Source of the DNA: Sphaerodactylus townsendi
Lineage: Eukaryota
Direction of reading: 5' to 3'
DNA length: 64,000 nucleotides
Assembly (NCBI RefSeq): GCF_021028975.2
Contig: NC_059427.1
Location: 88,970,001 to 89,034,000 of the forward strand
The translations under genes and the position numbers were made by a program. The notes under the pieces were generated by a model. The model saw nothing but the letters and a program-made list of their open reading frames with translations. It was not told the origin of the DNA and did not search any database. Below, piece after piece: positions 25,451 through 38,486 of this stretch; the stretch's first letter is position 1; each line of letters begins with the position of its first letter.

Positions 25451-27070
25451 TAGTGATAGACTGAGGATTTTCTATAAGGTACAAGTAAGTAGTATGTTAT
25501 TGGATCAATACTTGATGGAGGTACATAAAAGATCAGCCAATATTTGCTAGCTTATAGTGGCCAATAACTGGCATCAGCTTCACTCCAACATGAAACTGAA
25601 AAGAACAGCCACACCTGTGAGGTGCACAAAGAAGTGTTCTAAAGTGCCTATTTGCTCCTCTCCCACTACTTGAGAGACAATTGCAAGCAATGAGTTGCAT
25701 ACAAAGGGACAAGATCTTGCTGGGGAAGAGTGAAGCTCTCTTGTTCAAAGGCCAAATAGAATTTGGAGGTAACACAGCTTCTTCCTGAAAGCTTAAGGAA
25801 AACAATTTATACCACTGAAAGCACTGCTATTTTTTATCATTTGATTACTGTGGAGAAAAAAAATCTTCTCTGTCAATTATGCTAGTGATTAATGTTACAA
25901 ATAAGTTAATTGAAATCTATTTTTCTTCAACAAAAAGTGTTAATAGCTTGCAATTCACTTTGTAGAATTTCATGTAAGGAACAGAAATTTAGCTGGGTGT
26001 GATAATGATACACTTTCTTTTTCTGAATTTAGTTTACTTTGATGTATTTAGATCTTTCCTTCTAATCTTCCAATTGAATGAGTTCCTAATAGTCAGTGGA
26101 ATTGTCATGGGAATTGTTTTCAAAACCAAATTCAAAGACAGAAAGAGGTGATATTGCAGTTTATTTTCCTTTCAGCTTTCTCTTATATTTGTTAATGGAT
26201 AAAAGTTATGGAGAAGGATCACTTCAGAAAGGCAGCTGTGGATATTCATCCTCTTTAAGGTCCATGGATTTGACAAAAAGATATGGGTTTTGCAATTTCT
26301 TTCATTACATCTCGGTAGAATTATTATATTTCCATCATATGGCACAATAGAGCTTACAAAAGTAATCTCATAGTCTTCTTGTATAATATGTATGGTCCAG
26401 CAGTTTCTGAAGGGAATAGTATGTGAAATGTCTCCATATGTGTATAGAATTACACATATACACTACCAACTGTGAAGATCATCTGTTTTGCACCATGTAT
26501 ACTATTTCCCTTATGTGTGTGCACACTAATGCAAGAAAACTGTTGAAAGATCTTTAGTTATTCAGTGAAGTCTTGTTCAGTGGAGCCTTGTTCAGTTTCA
26601 GTAAAACTTATTTCCAAGTAAATGCATAAGTTGACAGCCTGAGCTGATTTTGGCTCCACCCCTGGGATACTGCCAGCATGTTCTCCTATTCCAGCATATC
26701 TGTGGGGTTATGGACCCTTCTGGGTTTGAGGGCCACAAAGCTGTGATGCAGTCGTCTATCAACATATTAGCTCTGTCTGCTGACATAAGTCCTCATTATG
26801 CTGACAGGGTGGGCAAACATGCCAGTGCAGGCTTCCATAACTCCCACAACCTGTTTCTCTTCCCCACATCTGAATTGAACTGTAAATCAATATTAAAGCA
26901 AGACTAAGACTTGTTTACTTTCATCCACCCCTTTACTTGATCCAAGCACTGGTTCTAAACATCAACAGCATCCTTGGAATTAGATAGGAAAGGTAGAGCT
27001 GGGTATCATTCACATATTAGTGACACCACAGCCCAAATGTCTTGAAGACTTTTCCCCATGGCTTCACATA

Positions 27071-27593
27071 GGCCGTTTCCGCACGGGAGCTTTCCTGTCG
27101 CCTTCCACGCCCGGGCCGAGAATTCGGCCGGGCGGAGGCGAGCGTCGTCAGCATGCACGCGCGGCGGCCACAGCAGCAGAGGCTGGCAAGCGGCAGGCTG
27201 CTCCGCGACGAGCCGCTTGGTTTCGCCCGTCCCACTCTTGCCCGCCGTCGCCTGCTGGCCGTCGAAGCCCCGCCCAAGCTGCCCTCCGACCTCCAGGGGT
27301 TGGAGGACAGCGTGGGCGGGGCTTCAACAGTTAGCAGGCGACGACGGGGACAAGGTGAGTGGGACGGGCCAGGGAGATAGCGTGTTCCCAGCGGCGCGGT
27401 TCTCACCACGCCGCCGGGAAGACGCTTTCCCCCCAACAACAAAGGGTTGTTGTTTAGGGCAGCCTGACGCCACCCTGGGGGGGGGGAAGCGCAGTCAGGT
27501 CGGCGCTGCTGCAACGCAGCAGCGCCGCCTGTTAACGGGCGGCCTGGGCGTTTTACCGCCTCAGGTTGCCGCTTTGGCCCATGCGAAAGGGCC
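27071..27593. mobile_element. Young GC-rich PIF/Harbinger-type MITE
   Basis: TIRs ggccgtttccgcacgg / ccatgcgaaagggcc, TSD ATA, CpG-rich. Inverted homolog of 40875-41358. Confidence 0.85.
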
Positions 27594-28009
27594 ATAGATA
27601 TTAAACAGCATGGAGGATTTGTTCGATCAAATGGTCATAGAGCAGAGCAAGAATCCTCCAATACCACCCTGGCCTGAAGGAAGATTGAAATAGGCCCAGA
27701 AAATTAAGAGCCCTGGGAGCTGAGAAGTAGCCATCTGGAACAACCTCCATCCTCAAGGAAGCATTTACCTTTTATGCACTTATCCAGCCCCCTCCTGGCA
27801 ACTTTTAGCAGCCAGGAAGGGCTGACAGAAAGGAAGATCAGGAACATAAGTTGTAGGTCTCCCTTCTCCAAGTTTGGTAGTAGTTTGTGTTCATCTGTTT
27901 CCTAGAGTTGCTGATGTCTGCCTCTGCAAGTGAAAATTAAAACAGGCAACATAAGGCAATAAAAAGTGAGAAACATGTTCTTATTTTTTACTTTTTATAG
28001 GCATCAGTT

Positions 28010-28445
28010 ACCTGCAGGTTAGACTACTGTAACTCACTTTAAACAAAGCCACCCTTGAGGCAATTCCAGAGATTACAACTGGTCCAGGGACTCCTTGGAG
28101 AGCACATATACAACTAGTGTTCCACTAGTTGCACTGGCTCCAGATTAAGTAGTAGATCAGGTTCAAGATATTAACCTTCAAAGCCCTAAATGATCTGGGA
28201 CTGGCACATCTCTGGAATTACCTCTCCTGCTGCACTGCCCTTCAAGACCATTACATTCAACCAGAAATAACCTTATGATGGTTCCTAGTCCAAGAAATGT
28301 CCAGCTGTCCTCAACCAGAAACAGAAGTTTTTTTCAGCTCTGTCTCTAGCCTGGTGGAACTGTCTGTCAAATGAGACTCAAGCCCTGTGGAACTTGGCTC
28401 AGTTCTACGAAGCTTGCAAGAAAGAGATGTTCCTCTGGGCCTACA
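28010..28445 (+). mobile_element. Old L2 ORF2 3' fragment
   Basis: Degenerate RLDYCNS..LHWL..TFKAL..WWN coding remnants. Confidence 0.7.
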
Positions 28446-31400
28446 ATTGGGAACAGCAATGGCTCAACATTTTCCAGTCACCCACCCCTTTCCCTTTCCC
28501 TTTTACTTCCCTTTCTGCTTTTCCTTTTCCCTCCTACCTGTGTTTGCTTCCCTTGTTTTTCCTTTTCCTAGACTTCTCTGCTGGACCCTATTATATCCTT
28601 ATATTCCTTACTTGTTTTCTGGGTCTCCCATTCACATGCCCTGGGGTTAATTTAATCCATGTGAATTATGATTTCCTCCACCTTTAAATTCAATTGAAAT
28701 TATATACAAAAGGAAATCATTATTTGGGTGTTACTTTAATTAGAGTAAAGATGTTATAAGCCAACAGCATCTTTATTTTTGTGATAGTCAGAAAAAAACT
28801 TAAAACCCTTGAGGTCTGAATCCACAAACCCAAGCTTTGCCACCAGCATCTTTGTCTATCTAAACAGCCAGAAGACAAGGGGCAAGCTTCCAACCTTCCT
28901 GAGTAACCCCTGCAAAGTAGACCTCTTACCAAGTGAGTTTCACAAACAACCTGATAGGTGTAGCTATGAAGGTCTCAGACTGGATTTGGATTGAAGCTAC
29001 TTAAACACCACAATATATGATGAAAGGAAAATATGATTAAAGGAAATGTATTAAATGTACAAGATACAATCAAAAGAACATTGGCAGTGAGGAATAAAAT
29101 ATGAAAACCTAACTCAAAATGGACTAACTGCACAGTAAAAGAACATTGGTTCAAAAGGAAAGATTCAAAGCAAGAGGTTACCATTTACAGCTTAAACCCT
29201 TTAGCTTCACACAGGCCCTTCTATCCAAAGCAAGAGTCCCAAGGTATCAGGGAGCCATAGTGTCAGGCACCAAGATCAAGCTTATTGAAATCTAGACTGT
29301 GTATCAAGAAATCATAGTGAAAGGTACCAGAATACCTTTATAGACAGAAGGTTTTGAGGTGGTCAGGGCACAATGACTAATCAAATCCTTGCCTGCTGAT
29401 CTAAGACAGTCATGCAACTTACATCCCAATCCAGATTCGGGAGGGGAGGGCTCCATGGCAGCTGAGGACAACTTAGGGGAAGTCAGCCCTACACTGCCTC
29501 CAATGGTGAAACAGCAAGCAGTGAGAGGGGGGGGGGGCACCATTGAAAAAAGTAACTTGGAATCATTGAGTTGAAAGAGACTACAAGAGCCATACATTCA
29601 AATCCCCTGTCATGCAGGAACACACAATCAAAGCACTCCTGACAGATGTGTCAACATTACTCTCACAGCCCATTCCATCCACCATCTGGATTTGGTTCTT
29701 AAGGGTCAGAATGAGATAACAGATAGGATTTATTCTGCAGCCATAAACCCTCCCCTCTCATGATGACACAGTAATAATTTTATCAGCTTAATTAGTTGGA
29801 ATGTGGTGCTGTGATTCTGTGACCTTGGAAGCATAGTGAGTTAAGCTTGAGATCATATTTTACTCCCAGCACCTCGTCCCTTATCAGTTTCTCAAGGTCA
29901 AAGCCTTGCTGAATTACTGCACAATTTATTCCACTCTATTAGAATGTAGGTCTCAACGTCTGAACCAGTGTTTAAAAGAACAAGGAATAGTATATATGTT
30001 TTGTGTTTTATTTTGTTGACAAACTGTATAAATTTATACTGTGGCTAGCTGCCCTGAGCCCAGCTTATGCCAGGAAAGTGTGCGGAAGAAATAAAATAAA
30101 ATAAACATCACTGGATCTAGTCTGCATTTGTTTTAAAATAAATTGTACTAGCTAGTAGACACCTTACATCTTTGTTAGCATCATAACAAACTATTTCCAC
30201 AAGGAAACAGGAAATAATTGCCTTTTCTCTAGGGTTAAACTGCCTTTTTTCCCACCTAAATCTTAAGGGGATAGTTAACCTTTGCACTACTAGTCCAGTT
30301 GATTTTGAGATGATGAACAAATTTAAGATGCTAATTTAGTATTCACCATAGTTAATTAGTCTCTGACATTCTGAGGCATTGTGGTTGTACCCATTGAAGC
30401 TACATTTCACTTAATTTGTTAAAAAATTATTCAACTGTGATTCTTCAGAAGTAAGATTTTAGTCTTGCAGAGTTTATAACTTCAAAAAAAAGATGGGTCA
30501 TTAAGATAAAGAAAAGTAAATGTTTTGGCCAGAGATGTTTCCTGATTTTTGTCAAGCATCTCAGATAAATTATTTCCAGACCAAAGAAATATATGATAAT
30601 TACTGGGAGAGGGCAGTATCTACAGGTCTCAGGATAGATACTTCAGTAGGCAAGCTAACAAAACAGAATCACTTGTACAAATGATATGAATACAATTTGG
30701 CTATTTGGAGATAATGTTTATCATTATCAGAAATTTTTTTATGGCATCATGCAGTAGGAAGTATAAATATTGTGGGAGATATTTTCTGATGCCTTCAGAC
30801 TGCAGATCAAGTATTGATTTCAGAGTCTAATCTGTCCTTTAGATAAATTATAGTCACTGGGTGAAAATTAATAAACTGACCTGACCCCATTGACACTATG
30901 TAGTCACAATAACATACCTGTATAAACTGGGCCAGGCTTTTGTCCAGTTAGTGCCCAACCCCACATAAATAGCTTTGTATAAGGAAGCAACCTTCTTCCT
31001 GCCACCTATTCACTCCTTTACTAGGAGGTTACTAGATTATGGCTTAACTCTGGCCAAAGTGAACAAGCACAATATTTACCAAATAACCCACAAATCAATT
31101 ATAAAGGATCTATGACAAAACAGAGAAATATGAGTACAAGTTCTGAAAGACGGATAGTGAGACATGGATAGTGAAAATCAGAAATAAAGTTAATTGAGTA
31201 ATACAAATATCTGGACAATAATACAGATATCTTGTAGACAAGTTATCACTATGGTGGGAAGACATGAGGCCAGAAAGAAAAAAATATAACTGCTGATTCC
31301 AAAGGTCCAAATAGTGGTCCAACATTGATTATGAGGCCCCTGATTCTGGAGAACAAATTTATCTAAAGGAAGAAGCGGGAAAACTTGCCATCTATCGGTG

Positions 31401-31554
31401 GTGCTTCTGTAACTAGACAAGGTGAAGTGGTGGTGGGGGGGGGTACAGATACCTAGAAACCAAAATTAAGTGAAATAAATATTCTGGATGCTGGATATTG
31501 TAAACTGCACAAATGGGAAGTTCTGATCAGCTAGTTTAAATGAAATGAATCAGA

Positions 31555-32433
31555 AGTCATTTCTGCACAGCAAAAATAAAATATCTGTAGGATGTAAAAA
31601 GAATTTTGCACAGCATTTTCCCCAAGACATCTTCAGGGTGTTTTATTTCTGTTCAACCTGGATGTTTTTTTTAAAAGAAAACACTAAACTATTGATCTTT
31701 TTTCCCTCCAAGATGGGGTTAAGACATTTACTACTTGCTTTGCAGAAAGCAGGAAATGTCTTATTTTTCCCACCCGATTTCCAAAAACTTTTATTTTCAT
31801 TTTTGCCAGTTTTTGCCATCATTTTCTCCAGCTTGTGATTCTGCATGACACCTGCTCTGTGGTGAAAGTTTCCCTTGGAGGTTTCCTCTGCTTGCAGCTC
31901 ATCCACCCAGCATTTCCATGTGAACAGTACATGAATTTTGACTGCCAATTTGGCACATGTATCATTTTCCCTCCCTCCCTCCCTCCCTTTCTTTTTGAGG
32001 GAGGTGTCTTTGAAGCTATGATGACTTGAAATGTGCACCTATTGCAGATTCTCATATTGTGTCATCATAGCTTTGAAGACACCTCCCTCAAAACAAAAAC
32101 AAAAAAGAAAAAAACATGTGCACAAAATTGGCCATCAAAATTGACTTTATTCATACACTTTTTACATGGAAATGGTGAGCAGAGGAATTGCAGGGCAGAG
32201 GAAATCTGCAAGGTAAACCTACCCGAATGGTGGGCAGCATAAATCATAAGTGGGGGAAAATGGTGGGCATGAACTGCATTGAAAATGGAAATGAGAGCTT
32301 GTTGAGGGGAGGTGGGAAAGGGACTACATCCCTTGGCATTGCTTTTTTTGTCCACATAATGCAGACAAAAAAGCCAAAACAGTTCTTTTAAAACATCTGC
32401 AAGACATTTTATTTGTGCTGTGCAGAAAGGACC
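31555..32433. mobile_element. Old foldback Harbinger-type MITE
   Basis: About 50-bp imperfect TIRs (agtcatttctgcacagc / gctgtgcagaaaggacc), TSD AGA. Central inverted repeat ttttgagggaggtgtctttgaagctatgatgac / gtcatcatagctttgaagacacctccctcaaaa. Confidence 0.8.
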
Positions 32434-33004
32434 AGAGGCTGATCCAAATATGGACATGGATCATGTTATTAGGTAATTGAAATGTTAACAGTGACAGGTT
32501 CTGTTTGTGACTAAACTCATACCAATTAATCACTGGGGATCCCTTATTCAAGATCTGAATGTCAAACTGGGCAAGTCAAGGATTTTCCAAAAAAACCCAC
32601 ACCTTTTGGGGTGTAAAATTAACTGGAGGAAATTAACAATGATGCCAGTCAGATGGTCCTATCATTTTCTTAACAATATACTGGCCCTTCAGTAACTATA
32701 CAACAATTTATTTAAAGTTACTAATCTCTACAAACATAGAGGTCATGGTTTCATTAAATATCATACATCATAAAAATATAATGTACAACTAGTTAAATCT
32801 CTCAAATTCTTTAGTGCAGGTTTCCCAAAGGTCTTTTCCAATAAGTTTCCAGCATTCAGGCAATTCTATCCTGACTTGGAACTCAGCCTGGCAGTTCTCC
32901 TTTATCCTTTCTCTTCCTTGTCTGCATAAAACCTGTGCCAAGAGACACGAACCATCTACACCAGGCAGCATGATCATTTATTATTGACATACATAACCTA
33001 GGGA

Positions 33005-33252
33005 CTGGTTGTTAATGGTTTTCTGGGCTGTGTGGCCGTGGTGTGGTAGATCTTGTTCCTAACGTTTCACTGGCATCTGTGGCTGGCATCTTCAAAGGTG
33101 TATCACAGAGAGAAATCTGTTACACTCTGTGATACACCTCTGAAGATGCCAGTCACAGATGCAGGAGAAACATTAGAAACAAGATCAACCAGACCACGGC
33201 CACACAGCCTGGAAAACCCACAACTAGTTGAATCCAGCTGTGAAAGCCTTTG
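33005..33252. mobile_element. Palindromic (inverted) Penelope-like insertion
   Basis: About 105-bp inverted arms, flanked by a 12-bp direct repeat ataacctaggga (32993-33004, 33253-33264). Confidence 0.85.
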
Positions 33253-35849
33253 ATAACCTAGGGAGTTTCTTTTGAGTCCTGTCAGCTATGTAAATCTATC
33301 TTGGGTACCCCTTCCAGTAGTAAATGCTGCAGGATGCTCTCCAACCTGACTGAAACTTCCAGCCAGGTTCCCTAAATAAAGCCTAAGCAATCTCACTGAA
33401 ATCATATCTATATAAATATCTGGCACGCGTGCGCACACACATACCGCACACAGACAAAACTCCAGTGTGAACCAATTGAAAAACAGTCTTTCTCCTGCCA
33501 ATTTAAATACAAAAAAATTCCTGCTTAGACTTGAGGTGATTCTCTAATTGTACATTGCTCCCTTGAAAGGTCAGAAGGTTAGAAACTAACAGAGCAAAAG
33601 CATAGTGCAGTGAGATGTTATGGCTTTATATTGTTTCTCTTTCATATAACTAGATATGCAGCACCAGGCAGCCTGCTCAGCTTTACTCCCTCAGCAATCC
33701 TGCACACAATTTCTAATGGGACTAAAAATGGCTCTCATTCTGTGAGAGGATGGGAAGCACGCTTGCTATTAATCTTTAGAACCAACAATGCAACAAGTTT
33801 TCATTCCAAATGGTAAGTCAGGCTAATGTTACAGAGTAGATGTAAATAGTTTTCTTCCCATTTGAGATATCCATCATTATCTAACATGGACATATGTCCT
33901 GGAAGAGGAATCTACAATCATGCAGTGCATGCTTAGTAAAGATAATAACTCTTGACATTATTTACAGCAGACACATTGTATTGCATATCATAAGATTATA
34001 GCTGGATGGAAGACTATTCTAACTGAAATCTCTTTATCAGCAGATAAGTTTCTTATTGCAAATGTTAACAGAATTGAATAACACTGTCTGCAGACTCCTA
34101 ATCTTACATGGTTTATATAAGTAATTCCCAATTTATTGCAGATATGTTATGTAGTACTTGATTCATATGGCAAGATCTAAGTCAATTGCTCCTTTTGTAC
34201 TCACCCTCCTCAATTGTTTTCATTCTTGCCTACACTGTTGAATTATGAACTCCAACCCATGACTTTATTCTTTTATCAGTAGTAGTATTCATTTGCTGTA
34301 TACCAATAATGATTAGGACAAGTGTACAAGATACCAATTATAAATGTGGAAAACACCGCCAGTCCTACTGCTACTACAGTCTATACCCATGGGTATAGAT
34401 TGTGGTAGCATTCATTTGCCCTAGTAGCCTAAGTATGGAGAACAAAGCATGGGTTAATTAGTGTATTAAAATAAGCTGATTTACATGATCACCAATTAAA
34501 TATGCTAATATTTAATTAGGAAGGCTTTGCTAGGCAGCTTAATCATGACTACCTTTTGTTTGGTAAATCTATTCTGGCTCCAGTTTTGGCCAGGAGCATC
34601 TACTGGTCTTGTTTATCCTTTCCTCCACATGATCTCCTTTCTTTGAGGTTTGGAAAGATACCCCATCTTTGAGGTTTGGAAAGATACCCCGCCTCATATG
34701 CTCCTTCCTATGCCCCATTCTACCCTAAAGCTGGTGATGGTCTATTCAGAGCACATCCTCCATCATGCCCAATGTCTCAGGGTACTCACTGATCATCTCT
34801 GCCTATCACGAGCTACCTGCCCTGTCCTTGCAAAAAAACACCACAACCCCTTAGTCTAGCTTAACACCCCTTCCATCACTGGATGATTATAACATCTTGC
34901 AGATCTTGATGTAGATAAATAGATATCACATCCCTCAGCAGGGAGATGTACACCATTTTCTCTGTATAGGTGGGACATATTGTATCTGATGACTATCCAA
35001 TATAACTACAAATCACTTTGAAATGCTTTCCTAAAAATTCTGTTATAGGACCAACATGGGGGTCTTCCTAAGGACCTGAGAAAGGCAAGCATGTGAAATT
35101 CTTTAGTCTGAGCAGAAAATATATGTCTACAAGATGTTACCTGAAGTAGACTATGGAGCTGCTGCTCATATTTGATACTGGTTTATTTTCTCTTGGATAT
35201 CTCAAATTATTAGAAAACAATTGCTGTACCTGTCAGTCTTTTTACCTCAGCCCACCATATCTGCAGTATGAGGATAATAAGACTCATTTATCTTACAAAA
35301 TTCTTTTAAAGATTACAGTAAAGCTGAAGGATTTGGATACTCAAAAAAAGCAAACAAATGCTTAGTATTTTTTTCTTCTAGTAAGTAGTTACTTCTAGTC
35401 TGCTTCCATGTGAAACTTCTGATCAGGTTTTGCACCAAACAGGAACAGGTATGTGTTCATTATTACACAGCAGTTTTTTTTTAATGGAATGACTTTGGGA
35501 TTGTTAACTTACCCATTCTGTGTCAGCTTTCAGTTTTTACCCCCAACAATTTCATATTATCTACTTTTCCTCTTAAGAAGAAATTTATAAGGAAACACAT
35601 TTTAAAGGGATTATTTATAGTATTATTTGGGAGGGTTAATGTAACAAATATTTTATTATAAAACACAATGCCATATATGCAAGAACACTTTGGAGAACAT
35701 CTGCTTATATTGTCCATTTTTGTCAAGTCTAAAATCTGATTTAGTTTGTACTGATACAATATATATGAATATTTTAGTGATTTTAAATAACAGGTACTTG
35801 TGAAAATATGACCTTTTACTGATATCAATGTCTGTATGCATCATTTTCA

Positions 35850-36193
35850 AGAGCCAGCAGTGGTTAAGAGCAGGTGGATTCTAATCTGGAGAACTGGGTT
35901 TGATTCCTCACTCCTCCACCTGTGTGGTAGAGGCTTATCTGGTCAACCAGATGTGTTTCCACACTCCTATATTCCTACTGGGTGACCTTGGGCTAGTCAC
36001 AGTTCTTCAGAACTCTCTCAGCCCCACCTACCTCACAAGGGGTCTGTTGTGGGGAGAGGAAGGGAAAGACATTTGTAAGGCTCCCTGAGTCTTCTTACAG
36101 GAGAGAAAGATGGGGTATCAATGCAAACTCATCCTCCACCTCCACCTCCTCATTCTCCTCATTCTCCTCATTCTCCTCCTCTTCCTCTTCTTC
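35850..36193 (+). mobile_element. Squam3-like tRNA-derived SINE with (CCT/CTT)n tail
   Basis: Pol III B box gggtttgattcc, core gggtgaccttgggctagtcac...ctctctcagccccacctacctcac, and a pyrimidine microsatellite tail. Confidence 0.85.
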
Positions 36194-36640
36194 TCCATTA
36201 GTCTCAGTAGAAGTCTTCATATATAGCATATTTAAATAGAGTTTAAATTCTTTCTAGGGCCTCACCAAACTGTACATCTTAATTCTGAAGTTGGCCTCAG
36301 AGCGTAAATCAAAGTATCTGTATGATAGTACAGAACAGGGATGTAGGTATAGATTTTATGGGGAGTTGGGGGTGGGGAGTTGAGGGGGACGATACAAAAT
36401 TTTAAATATGGATATTTTAAACCCTCAAATGGATAAATAACGGCTGCACAAGTGCAGATATTGCAGAAAGTTTTTTTTTAAAGACAAATGAGTTCTCTCA
36501 ACACTGTGCCTCAGGGTTTGCTAAAAGAGCTGGTGGCAGTAAACAGAAAACAAAAACCAGGTGCTATATTATCGTGATGAAAGAGCTTCAGTGCAAGTGA
36601 AGTCATAATTTTGTTTTCTCCTCCCTGCCACGTGACTCTG

Positions 36641-36735
36641 TGCTTCCTGTCATGTACTTGCTTCCTGTCATGTACTTGCAGTCCTGTCATGTGCTTGCAG
36701 CTCAGTGCTTCCTGTCATGTACTTGCAGCTCAGTG
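36641..36735. repeat. Imperfect tandem repeat of tgcttcctgtcatgtact
   Basis: Four copies of the cctgtcatgt core. Confidence 0.85.
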
Positions 36736-37896
36736 GGTCCTTGGTCTGGAAAGGGATTTTTATGGAAAGTGATGTTCAGAGGTGGTTTGCCATTGTCTGT
36801 GTCTAGTCTGACATTTTAACAGTGCTTCACTGGGTTTCTGTGTTCTAATTAATACCATGTAATTTCAGGCAAGATAAAATGTGGACTTCTAAAAAATTTT
36901 TTACTTATATTTTATTTTATTTATTTTCACACATTGTCACTTTCATTTGTTCCCGTTGATGTATGATAAGACTTTGCTATGTATGAAAATGGCCAAGGAG
37001 CCAACAAATTATTCTGCTTCAGTTAAAAAAGATGTAGCTGATTCTTTTCTGAATAAAAAAGAATATCGCCATTCAGCAACAATAATTTACTGATTTCTCA
37101 TTTGCACTTCCATAAGGGATTTGCAAAATAATTATCATTTTTAAGAGGAAGGATTGGGTCCCTGAACCTTCTGTTCCAGAAACAGTACTTTTAAAATGTG
37201 ACAGTTCTCTAATGGAGTATATTAATACAATTAATTCTGCCTCTGTGCTATACAGTTGAGACTGAGAAGATAATCTTCAGAATGGTTATAGGAGAATCTC
37301 TTTTTCTAGTATTTCAATTTAAATGCAGAGATCTCTAAAACAGTCTCAGATAAACTATAAAGAACATTGTTACACAGACAGTTAAAGAGAAAACCTTTAT
37401 AACTTGTGTTGAAAATAAATTACTAGGGCAAACAACTCGGAATTGCTTTTAAAGGAATGTTCTATAGCACATTTTGAATATCAACATGGCAATCCCAAAA
37501 CCATCAAGGAAGTAATTTATAATAGTACCTGTCTGCTATAATTACAATGCAGTCATTTAAAGCTATTGAACTGGTTCCCTGCACGTACAAAAAACCAAGC
37601 AAACCCAAGTTGTACCCTCTACCACTGATATTGTTTGTTCTTAAGCATATATCAACTTTTTTTTTCACATTCTTCATCTCACTTTGGGAATTATGCAAAA
37701 TTTCCTGTTCTTATGTCATTATCTATCTGTAGATATTGACTGATTTTCTATCTATCATTCCAAGCATCCACTGCATAAGAATGAACTGATATGCTGAAAC
37801 TTTTGGAACTAAACCGGGGGGGGGGGGGGATCTGCTTCACAGCAATATTGGACAAAAGGTTCCCTGTTAGTATCCATGGTGACATTGTTAACCACT

Positions 37897-38486
37897 TGTA
37901 ACAGAAGAGCTGGCTTCCTGCCACTCCTCAATCAAGAAAACGAGGTTGGGACTTTGTTAGTGCATGCAAAAATTCAGAAACAAACAGGTTTCAAATAAAA
38001 TATATTTTGGGGTTTATTGAGGTCTGCACCTGCTCAATAAACAAAAAGGTGCATAAGGCAAAAAGTTAAAACAATATAACTTTAAAACAATCCGGTAGTG
38101 TAACTTTACAGACAAAATATAAGCAGAGACTAAATACAGTTAAATCAACTGGCAGAGATTAACAACATACAAAATTATTCAAGATAACAGGCAGAGTTTT
38201 CTCACATGGCAACAGCTAGAATAAAGAAAGAGAGATAGAGAGAATGCTAAACAAAGTACTGTAAGGCAATTATATGGAAAATGATTGGTCAGCTGACATA
38301 AATGGACCAATGATTCTTCCATCAAGATTTGCTGAGTCAGCTTTTCAAAATCATTGTTGCTAACAGGTGTTAATTTAACAAAGTGATTAGAGTCAGAAAG
38401 AACATAATTTACAGCTGGGGCTCTTTCATCTAGCCAGAGAAGCTAAAAATTAGAGAAATTTAAAGTGACATGGCAATTTCTCCACA
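37897..38486 (-). mobile_element. Solo LTR (590 bp)
   Basis: TG...CA ends, perfect 5-bp TSD ccact (37892-37896, 38487-38491), minus-strand AATAAA near 38012-38018. Confidence 0.7.

Noticed and set aside
27017-27597. ORFs of 192 and 179 aa (likewise 40895-41441)
   Set aside because: They coincide with GC-rich MITEs and have no transposase motifs.
28900-29660. Another solo LTR
   Set aside because: LTR-like composition, but no matching termini or TSD could be fixed.
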